Below are positions 1 through 6,480 of a stretch of DNA of 18,058 bases, piece after piece. Source of the stretch: Candidatus Micrarchaeia archaeon (GTDB taxonomy: Archaea; Micrarchaeota; Micrarchaeia; Anstonellales; Bilamarchaeaceae). The DNA lies in the NCBI GenBank assembly GCA_046538155.1, contig JBKHJL010000024.1:1-18058 (forward strand), read 5' to 3'. The translations under genes were made by a program, and so were the position numbers. Within the stretch, counting starts at the first letter, position 1. Each line of letters begins with the position of its first letter. The notes below the pieces were generated by a model. That model saw only the letters and a list, made by a program, of their open reading frames with translations. It did not search any database and was not told the DNA's origin.

Positions 1-65
1 CCATTCTTCTTGAGGAGCTGAACGTTCCTGAGAGTAACTGTACTTTTGAAGGCTGGAATGTGTAA
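1..65 (+). CDS. 3' end of a gene entering from the left edge, probably an FAD/NAD(P)-binding oxidoreductase of the ferredoxin-NADP+ reductase (FNR) superfamily (partial)
   Basis: The frame starting at nt 3 reads ILLEELNVPESNCTFEGWNV* with TAA at 63-65. This resembles the FNR-family C-terminal pattern L..lGVp.e.i.fE.W/F. Only 20 codons are visible. Confidence 0.5.
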   Translation, partial: ILLEELNVPESNCTFEGWNV

Positions 66-81
66 TTCCATTTTCATCCTC

Positions 82-90
82 TTTTATAAA
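82..90 (+). promoter_or_regulatory. Archaeal TATA box, likely leaderless promoter of the 116..646 gene
   Basis: TTTTATAAA ends 26 nt upstream of the ATG at 116. No SD motif precedes the ATG. Confidence 0.6.
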
Positions 91-115
91 CTTTACTGGC
101 TACTAATAGATATTC

Positions 116-646
116 ATGGCTGTAAAGCAAAACGCCCCGCAAAAAGGAAACGGCAATGGAAGGGTTTTCCCCCGGTCATGGTCACAGAATCCCTTTTTGA
201 AGAAAGGCCCCCTCCACCGTTTTTTTTACATGGGCAGGACCACCCGCCGAATTTTTAAGGAAGCTGTACTGTACATGAGGGAAGGCGACCTTGAAGGCGC
301 ATTTGCCAAGTTCCTGGCTGCTGCTTCCAGGTCAAACAATTCCGCATTTTCCGCTGACCTCCATGAGATGGCGGGAGACACAATGCTGGAGATGTCCAGA
401 AAGCAGTTTGACAACCCAAAAATAAACGCCTGCCTGGAAACCGCAGCAGGAGAATACAAAAGTGCAGCATCAAAATGCTCAGGCGCGGAACCTGAAAGGG
501 CAGCAAAGCTTTATGGCATGGCAGGAGAATTTTTCCATAAATCAGGAGTGCAGGGCCAAGCCAGAGAGTGCTACGCTCTTGGTTCAAATCTTACAACAAA
601 TCAGGCTTTCCGGAATTTCCTCACTGCAAAGTCTGAATCTCTTTAG
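116..646 (+). CDS. Hypothetical protein with a basic N-terminus and alpha-helical TPR/alpha-SNAP-like repeats
   Basis: 176 aa ORF filling the space between a TATA box and ppsA. Repeated helical motifs: AFAKFLAAA, SADLHEMAGD, AAGEYKSAA, AAKLYGMAGEFF, ARECYALG. Confidence 0.7.
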   Translation: MAVKQNAPQKGNGNGRVFPRSWSQNPFLKKGPLHRFFYMGRTTRRIFKEAVLYMREGDLEGAFAKFLAAASRSNNSAFSADLHEMAGDTMLEMSRKQFDNPKINACLETAAGEYKSAASKCSGAEPERAAKLYGMAGEFFHKSGVQGQARECYALGSNLTTNQAFRNFLTAKSESL

Positions 647-670
647 CTTCGTTTTATGATTATGTAATCC

Positions 671-705
671 TTTTATAATTTGTCTTCATATTCTGGAACA
701 GGTGA
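671..705 (+). promoter_or_regulatory. ppsA promoter (TATA box) and Shine-Dalgarno site
   Basis: TTTTATAA at 671-678 and AGGTGA at 700-705, 6 nt before the ATG at 712. Confidence 0.6.
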
Positions 706-711
706 GTTCAT

Positions 712-3078
712 ATGAAAGACGTTCTCTGGTTTGAGGAATTGGATAAAGGCAGCCTTGCTGAGGCAGGGGGGAAAGGTGCAAACCTCGGAGAGATGCTGAA
801 GGCAGGATTTCCCGTGCCTCCCGGTTTTGTTACTACAAGCGGGGCATATTTCAAGCACCTGAAGCACAACAAGCTTACGGAAAAGATAACGAAAATGCTT
901 TCTGACCTGGATGTGGATGACACTGCAAAGCTGCAGGAAACCGCGGAAAAGATACAGGAACTTATTATTGAAGGGGAAACCCCCCCTGAGCTTGAGGCCA
1001 AGATAAAGGAGAATTACCAGAAGCTCTGCCAGATGCGGGGAGAGGAGGAAGTTTATGTTGCGGTGCGCAGTTCTGCAACCGCAGAAGATCTTCCCGGAGC
1101 TTCTTTCGCCGGCCAGCAGTCCACCTTTCTAAATATACACGGCCCTGACAGAGTGGTAAAAGCAGTGAAGGAGTGCTGGGCTTCGCTTTTTACTGCCCGG
1201 GCGATTTTCTACAGGGAGCAGAATGACTTTGACCACATGGATGTGGGGCTTTCCGCAATAATCCAGGAAATGGTTCAGAGCGAGAAAGCCGGAGTCCTGT
1301 TTTCAGTAAATCCTGTGAGTAATAGAAGGAGCGAGCTGATGATTGAGGCCGCTTATGGACTTGGTGAGGTTGTGGTTTCAGGCTCGGTAACTCCGGATAC
1401 TTATGTTGTTGACAAGGAGAGTTTTGAAATCCTCAAAAAGGATGTTGCGAAGCAGACCTGGATGGTGATGAAGCACAAGGGGGAGAATGCAAAGGCAGAG
1501 ATAAAGGATGAGATGCAGGAGAAGCAGAAACTCCCTGACGAACAGATTGTGGAGCTTGCAAAGCTCGGGGTAAAGCTTGAGGAGCATTACGAATTCCCCC
1601 AGGATGCGGAATGGGCATATGCAGATGGCGAGATGTACATAGTGCAGTCCCGCCCCATCACCACCCTTATTGATGAGGAGGTTCCCAGCCCATCCAAATC
1701 TGAGGAGGGGGAGGAAAAAGAAGAGCTTTCGGAAGCAGAAGTAATCCTCCGCGGCCTTGGCTCATCCCCTGGATTTGGCACAGGAAAAGTCACTCTGCTT
1801 GAGAGCGCAAAGGATATTTCCAAGATGCCTGAGAGGGCAATTCTTGTTACAGACATGACCACTCCGGATTTTGTCCCTGCAATGAAGAAGGCGGCCGCAA
1901 TCGTAACCAATACAGGGGGAATGACCTCTCATGCAGCAATCGTGAGCAGGGAACTCGGGATTCCCTGTGTTGTGGGGACGCAGCGTGCCACGGATGTGCT
2001 CAAGGAGGGAACGAATGTTACGGTTGATGGAACCCATGGGATAATTTACAAAGGAAAGGTTGCGCTCGGAGAGCCCCAGGCAGCCGGGGAGGCAGCAGGG
2101 CCTGCCCCATCTGCTTATGTGTCCCCGGTAACAGGCACCAAGATTTACGTGAACCTTGCAGAAGCAGAGCTTGCGGAAAAGACGGCCAGGCTTCCTGCAG
2201 ATGGAATCGGGCTCCTCCGCGCAGAATTTATGATTGCAGATATGGGCGAGCATCCCCGCAAGATGTATGAGGACGGCCGGGAAAAGGAGTTCATAAACAA
2301 TCTTGCGGACGGAATTAGGCGTTTTACATCCGCATTCTATCCCCGCCCGGTTGTTTACCGCACCACCGATTTCAAGACCAACGAGTACCGCAACCTGAAG
2401 GGTGGAGGCGAATACGAACCAGAAGAAGCGAACCCCATGATGGGATACCGCGGTGCAGCGCGTTACATAAACGAGCCGGAAGTTTTCAAGATGGAGCTAA
2501 AGGCAATCAAGAAGGTGCGCAATGAGTTTGGGCTTACCAATCTCTGGATGATGGTTCCGTTTGTGCGCCGGATTGGAGAGCTCCGCGCCATAAAAGACAT
2601 GATGCGCGAGGTTGAGCTCTACCAGACCAAGGATTTCCAGCTCTGGATAATGGTTGAGGTTCCGAGCACTGTTATGCAGATAGATGAGTTCTGCGAGGAA
2701 GGAATTGACGGAATTTCCGTAGGAACCAATGACCTTACCCAACTGATGCTTGGAATTGACAGGGATAATGCAACTCTTGCAAAAGGCTTTGATGAAAGGA
2801 ATAATGCAGTATATCGCGCCCTGGAGCGCGTAATTAAAACCACCCGCAAATATGGGGTCACATCCTCCCTTTGCGGGCAGGCCCCCAGTGTTTATCCTAC
2901 GTTTGCGGAGAAGCTCGTGGAATTTGGCATAACATCCATGAGCGTAAATCCGGATGCGGTTGAGCGCACCAGGAAGATTGTTGCGTCTGCGGAGCAAAAG
3001 ATGACTCTTAAGTATCTCAGGGATATGCGCGAAGGCAACAGTTACAGCGGTCCTGAAGAAACGCGAGAGCGCGATTAG
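712..3078 (+). CDS. ppsA: Phosphoenolpyruvate synthase (pyruvate, water dikinase)
   Basis: 788 aa with GGKGANLGEM, VAVRSSATAEDLPGASFAGQQ, phospho-His motif GGMTSHAAIVSRELGIP, GIGLLRAEF, EANPMMGYRG, SVGTNDLTQ and CGQAPS. Confidence 0.97.
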   Translation: MKDVLWFEELDKGSLAEAGGKGANLGEMLKAGFPVPPGFVTTSGAYFKHLKHNKLTEKITKMLSDLDVDDTAKLQETAEKIQELIIEGETPPELEAKIKENYQKLCQMRGEEEVYVAVRSSATAEDLPGASFAGQQSTFLNIHGPDRVVKAVKECWASLFTARAIFYREQNDFDHMDVGLSAIIQEMVQSEKAGVLFSVNPVSNRRSELMIEAAYGLGEVVVSGSVTPDTYVVDKESFEILKKDVAKQTWMVMKHKGENAKAEIKDEMQEKQKLPDEQIVELAKLGVKLEEHYEFPQDAEWAYADGEMYIVQSRPITTLIDEEVPSPSKSEEGEEKEELSEAEVILRGLGSSPGFGTGKVTLLESAKDISKMPERAILVTDMTTPDFVPAMKKAAAIVTNTGGMTSHAAIVSRELGIPCVVGTQRATDVLKEGTNVTVDGTHGIIYKGKVALGEPQAAGEAAGPAPSAYVSPVTGTKIYVNLAEAELAEKTARLPADGIGLLRAEFMIADMGEHPRKMYEDGREKEFINNLADGIRRFTSAFYPRPVVYRTTDFKTNEYRNLKGGGEYEPEEANPMMGYRGAARYINEPEVFKMELKAIKKVRNEFGLTNLWMMVPFVRRIGELRAIKDMMREVELYQTKDFQLWIMVEVPSTVMQIDEFCEEGIDGISVGTNDLTQLMLGIDRDNATLAKGFDERNNAVYRALERVIKTTRKYGVTSSLCGQAPSVYPTFAEKLVEFGITSMSVNPDAVERTRKIVASAEQKMTLKYLRDMREGNSYSGPEETRERD

Positions 3079-3107
3079 TCCCCTTTTTCTTTTTTTCTCT
3101 TCCCCCC
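3079..3107 (+). terminator. Oligo-T/pyrimidine tract, putative archaeal terminator of ppsA
   Basis: An uninterrupted 29 nt pyrimidine run containing T5 and T7 tracts follows the TAG stop directly. Confidence 0.55.
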
Positions 3108-3151
3108 GAGTTATGCATATACTTTTTTTCTTTTCTATTCCTTTCAATATT

Positions 3152-4063
3152 ATGAAAATCCTGCTGCAATTTCCAGAGGGGTTGAAAAAGAACGCGCTTT
3201 CCGAAGCCAGGAAATTAGAGAAGGGAGGGCACGAGGTTTACCTCTCCTCTTCTGCGTGCTATGGTGCTTGTGACCTTCCCATGGATGAGGCCCGCATCCT
3301 CCGGATAGACAAGGTGGTCCATTTTGGGCATTCCCGGTTTATCCGCAAGGGCCTCCCGTTCCAGGTTGAATACCGCGAATATCATGTAGATATTGATGTG
3401 GAAAAGCTGGAAGGAGCACTCTCTTCTCTTGAAGGAAAAAAGCGCATAGCGCTTGTAACAACAGTGCAGCATGTTCCCCAGCTGGAACAGATGAAATCCT
3501 TTTTTGAAGGGAAGGACAAGGAAGTATTGATAGGGAAGGGATGCTTTGCTGAGCATGCCGGGCAGGTTCTGGGATGCGACCCTACAGCCGCAACTTCTGT
3601 TTCCGAAGGCGCAGACGCCATTCTTTATGTTGGGGATGGAAAATTCCACCCAACCGGAATCCACTCCGGGCTTCCGGTATTTTCCCTAAACCCTTATTCC
3701 GGGGAATGCCGCCAGCTAAATGAGGAAATAGGGAAAATCCGCAAGAGAAAGAAGGGCAGGATGCTCAAGGCCCTGGAATGCAAAACTTTTGCAGTGCTCC
3801 TTTCCACCAAGCCGGGGCAGTTCTGTCCCCAGGTTGCTAATGAGGCAAAAAAGAAGCTCCAGGAGGCGGGATTTACTGCGGAAATTCTGGTTTCCAATGA
3901 ATTCAATCCTGTTTCTATAGGGAATTTTCCCCAGTTTGAGTGCTATATAAATACTGCCTGCCCCCGCATAGATGAGGACTCCGAGCTCTTTGATAAACCC
4001 ATAATAAATGCAGTGGACTTGGATGATTTACTGGAGCTCTGCAAGGAAACGCATAAACATTAA
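3152..4063 (+). CDS. dph2: Diphthamide biosynthesis enzyme Dph2 (2-(3-amino-3-carboxypropyl)histidine synthase)
   Basis: LLQFPEGLK, three Fe-S ligand motifs (YGACD, GQVLGCD, TACPRI), HFGHS and STKPGQ. Start placed at ATG 3152 (MKILLQFPEG) because the 13 upstream codons are a translated T-tract. Confidence 0.93.
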   Translation: MKILLQFPEGLKKNALSEARKLEKGGHEVYLSSSACYGACDLPMDEARILRIDKVVHFGHSRFIRKGLPFQVEYREYHVDIDVEKLEGALSSLEGKKRIALVTTVQHVPQLEQMKSFFEGKDKEVLIGKGCFAEHAGQVLGCDPTAATSVSEGADAILYVGDGKFHPTGIHSGLPVFSLNPYSGECRQLNEEIGKIRKRKKGRMLKALECKTFAVLLSTKPGQFCPQVANEAKKKLQEAGFTAEILVSNEFNPVSIGNFPQFECYINTACPRIDEDSELFDKPIINAVDLDDLLELCKETHKH

Positions 4064-4100
4064 AAATTCATTATTCTAAATCCTCCCCAAGGGTGGAGTT

Positions 4101-4979
4101 ATGGAAGCTATAACCAAAACAGATTTAGATTTGCCCTTAATCCACAAGGGCAAGGTCCGGGAAATGTATGATTATGAAGGGGACAAAATTCTCATGGTTG
4201 CAACTGACCGCATAAGCGCCTTTGATGTGGTTTTCAATGAAGGCATTCCCTATAAGGGTGCAGTGCTCTCCACCCTCTCAAACTTCTGGTTTGATAAGAC
4301 AAGGCACATTCTGCCCAACCACGTAATCACCACCCAGATGCCTGACACGCTCCCGGATTATCTTCAGGGCCGTGCAATGATTGTAAAAAAGGCAACGCCC
4401 CTAAAGATTGAGGTAATTGTGCGCGGCTATCTCACCGGCAGCGGCTACAGGGACTACACGAAAACAGGTTCAATCAGCGGCATAGGCCTTCCGGATGGAA
4501 TGAAGGACGGCGACAAGCTGCCCGAGCCTATTTTTACCCCTTCCACAAAGGCTGAAAAAGGCCATGATGTCAATATCACTGAAGAGGCAGCCGCAGAGAT
4601 AATTGGACAGGAAAAACTTGATTCCGTGAAGAAAAAATGCCTTGAACTCTATAAGTTCGGGCATGAGTATCTCTTTTCCCGCGGCCTGATTCTTGCAGAT
4701 ACCAAGTTTGAGTTCGGCGAACTCCCTTCAGGTGAATTAATACTCATTGATGAGGTGCTCACTCCGGATTCGTCCCGATACTGGCCCCTGGACAGATACA
4801 AGCAGGGTCAGCTGGTTTCCCTGGACAAGCAGTATCTCCGCAACTACCTGGAAACCCTGGACTGGGACAAGACCTATCCTCCCCCGGAGCTCCCAAAAGA
4901 GGTGGTGGAGGTTGTGAGCAACCTTTACCTTGATGTTTACGAAAAAATCACCGGGCAGAAGTTCCCAACCGGGGAATGA
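4101..4979 (+). CDS. purC: Phosphoribosylaminoimidazole-succinocarboxamide (SAICAR) synthase, long form
   Basis: 292 aa with GKVREMY, ATDRISAFD, RGYLTGSG, FTPSTKA, ADTKFEFG, DEVLTPDSSRYW and DKQYLR. SD-like GGTGG upstream. Confidence 0.96.
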   Translation: MEAITKTDLDLPLIHKGKVREMYDYEGDKILMVATDRISAFDVVFNEGIPYKGAVLSTLSNFWFDKTRHILPNHVITTQMPDTLPDYLQGRAMIVKKATPLKIEVIVRGYLTGSGYRDYTKTGSISGIGLPDGMKDGDKLPEPIFTPSTKAEKGHDVNITEEAAAEIIGQEKLDSVKKKCLELYKFGHEYLFSRGLILADTKFEFGELPSGELILIDEVLTPDSSRYWPLDRYKQGQLVSLDKQYLRNYLETLDWDKTYPPPELPKEVVEVVSNLYLDVYEKITGQKFPTGE

Positions 4980-5007
4980 GAACCAGTTCCTCATTCAAGA
5001 ATTTTTT
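4974..5007. terminator. Short inverted repeat between convergent purC and rnp3, followed by T6
   Basis: GAATGAG (4974-4980) is the reverse complement of CTCATTC (4990-4996). TTTTTT at 5002-5007. Confidence 0.35.
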
Positions 5008-5455
5008 CAAGACGGGAAAGCGCCTTCCGCCCCTCCCCCCGGTCCAGTCCAATCAGGAAACCAATGTGCACAAGCTCCTCCGCAGTGCGCATCTCCGCTC
5101 CGTTTTCCGAGAAGCTCGCCACCGCAAAAGGAACTTTGTACCTGCTGCACATCCGGGCAAAGTTTCTCATCCTTTTCAATACGGAAGCCCGCTTCCCCTT
5201 CCCTGTTTTGAGTATTTCAGAAAAATCCAGCAGAAACAATGCGTTTTTTCCCTCAAATCCCCGCACGAGCTCAAGGTCCATAGGGTACCCTGAAACCCTT
5301 ACGAGAATGTTGCGGTTGCGGAGCCTGAGTGCCTCCTTCCCGCTTTCTGCAAACACTATCCTGTTTTTTAATGAATTGAAAAAATAAGTTTTGGAAAACC
5401 CGTATTCCTCCGGGTTTTCGCATTCAAATTTCAGGATGTCAAAGCAGCTTTTCAT
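4991..5455 (-). CDS. rnp3: Ribonuclease P protein component 3 (Rpp30)-like, shortened
   Basis: The C-terminal half (LLDFSEIL...RASVLKRMR...YKVPFAVAS....EMRT.EEL....LIGL) matches the Rpp30 pattern. It lies directly downstream of rpl15e with an ATGA overlap at 5452-5455, a conserved archaeal arrangement. Only 154 aa. Confidence 0.72.
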   Translation of the reverse strand: MKSCFDILKFECENPEEYGFSKTYFFNSLKNRIVFAESGKEALRLRNRNILVRVSGYPMDLELVRGFEGKNALFLLDFSEILKTGKGKRASVLKRMRNFARMCSRYKVPFAVASFSENGAEMRTAEELVHIGFLIGLDRGEGRKALSRLEKILE

Positions 5456-6021
5456 CTTTTCCTGTACCTTCGGCTCTTGTTCTGGTTCCTTTTTTTCTTG
5501 TTTTTGGAGCCTTTCCTCTGTGCTTTTCTTCCCTTTGCCCTGAGGCCCCTTGTCTTCTTTCCTGAGCTGCTCATTCCGCGGTAGGCCCGCCTTTTGTCGA
5601 GTTTCACTTCCCTGTTTTTCCGTGTGTCCACCAGCAGGACTTCAAAGAACTTGTAGTTTCCGTCCTCACCTGCGAGGTATGAGTTGAGGACTTCAAGGTT
5701 TGAGTATTTTCTGTTTGCCTTCTGCTCTGCCTGGGTTCTCAGGCTTGAGCCGGGCTGTACATAGAGGTATGCGTGCGCAGGCTTTCTTCCCTTTCCTGAG
5801 GTTGGCCTCCTTCTGCGCCCCTTGCCTACCCTGACTCTTGCAACCACGTATCCCTCTTTTGCTTTGTATCCGAGGGTGCGTGCGCGCACAAGGTTAGATG
5901 GCCTCTCAACGCCCTGCACAACAGGGCCCCGCCTCCAGCGGAAAACCTTGTTCTTTAGCAGTTTGCTCCTTTCCCGGAGCTCTTCCTGGTATGTTTTTTT
6001 CATGTATTTGTATGCTCCCAT
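5452..6021 (-). CDS. rpl15e: 50S ribosomal protein eL15
   Basis: WRR.P...VERPS...RARTLGYKAKEGYVVARVRV.KG, AEQKANRKYSNLEVLNSY, EDGNYKFFEVLLVD and RGMSSSGKKTRGL. Start placed at ATG 6021 (MGAYKY) because the GTG at 6030 is part of the AGGTGA SD. Confidence 0.97.
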   Translation of the reverse strand: MGAYKYMKKTYQEELRERSKLLKNKVFRWRRGPVVQGVERPSNLVRARTLGYKAKEGYVVARVRVGKGRRRRPTSGKGRKPAHAYLYVQPGSSLRTQAEQKANRKYSNLEVLNSYLAGEDGNYKFFEVLLVDTRKNREVKLDKRRAYRGMSSSGKKTRGLRAKGRKAQRKGSKNKKKRNQNKSRRYRKR

Positions 6022-6076
6022 ATCATTCACCTACAGGGCAGTTCAGGATACCACTCCCACATCCGGCCCGTGGAGT
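6022..6076 (-). promoter_or_regulatory. Structured 5' leader of rpl15e, candidate ribosomal-protein autoregulatory element
   Basis: The minus strand reads ACUCCACGGGCCGGAUGUGGGAGUGGUAUCCUGAACUGCCCUGUAGGUGAAUGAU-AUG. Outer stem ACGGGC/GCCC(U)GU, inner stem GGAUGU/GUAUCC. The segment is GC-rich compared with the other, AT-rich intergenic regions. Confidence 0.55.
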
Positions 6077-6094
6077 TCCTTTAAGACGAGATAG

Positions 6095-6106
6095 CTTTAA
6101 AAAGAG
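6095..6106. promoter_or_regulatory. TATA element between divergent rpl15e and atp operon, possibly bidirectional
   Basis: CTTTAAAAAGAG reads TTTAAAAA on the plus strand and TTTTTAAA on the minus strand. It is the clearest TATA-like run in the 122 nt divergent gap. Confidence 0.55.
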
Positions 6107-6143
6107 TTACCTCTTAATTCTCATCCCTTAACGCGGTGTGGTT

Positions 6144-6476
6144 ATGGAGGAAAATGATACTTCATTTATGAAATCAATAGAAGATGTCAAATCCGCTGAG
6201 CAGAAGGCGGAGGAGCTCAAGGAAGAGGACCGCAAGAAGTCCGAGAAAATTTCCTTCTCTGCAAAAAAGAAGTCCGAGGAAATCCGGCTGGGGGGGGAGA
6301 AGAAGGCCCTTGAGCTCAAGGAAAAAAAGATTGCCGAAGGCAAGAAGGCGACCGAAAAAGAAGTAAAGAAAATACTTTCTTCAGCAGAGAAGAAGGCGAA
6401 AAAGATAATGGGCAAGAAAGTAGATTCCAGAGGGGTTTCCACACTGATGGATGACTTCTTGAACTCGTTCCAGTGA
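6144..6476 (+). CDS. atpH: A1Ao/V-type ATP synthase subunit H (peripheral stalk, G-like)
   Basis: K/E-rich coiled coil (IEDVKSAEQKAEELKEE) of about 110 aa, in the first position before subunit I. Start placed at ATG 6144 after GGTG. Confidence 0.85.
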   Translation: MEENDTSFMKSIEDVKSAEQKAEELKEEDRKKSEKISFSAKKKSEEIRLGGEKKALELKEKKIAEGKKATEKEVKKILSSAEKKAKKIMGKKVDSRGVSTLMDDFLNSFQ

Positions 6477-6480
6477 TACC

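Noticed and set aside
46..258. 70 aa plus-strand ORF overlapping the 116..646 gene
   Set aside because: It has a TTG start, spans the TATA box, and overlaps both the edge gene and the better-supported ORF.
2497..3147. 216 aa antisense ORF over ppsA, and similar long antisense ORFs at 11671-12264, 12837-13535, 13743-14393, 16440-16985 and 17204-17926
   Set aside because: They lie on the opposite strand of well-conserved genes, show no recognisable motifs, and have compositions expected of codon-bias shadows.
3113..3151. Longer dph2 start at 3113
   Set aside because: The extension encodes a T-tract (HILFFFSIPFNI) in the terminator/promoter region. ATG 3152 fits the family better.
6022..6143. 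Possible tRNA or C/D-box sRNA in the GC-rich divergent gap
   Set aside because: No cloverleaf or TTCRA T-loop. A CTGA is present but there is no convincing box C (RTGATGA). It is better explained as an mRNA leader.
6290..6297. G8 homopolymer in atpH as a phase-variation site
   Set aside because: The frame is intact (Leu-Gly-Gly-Glu), it is a single short tract in a core gene, and there is no evidence of slippage.
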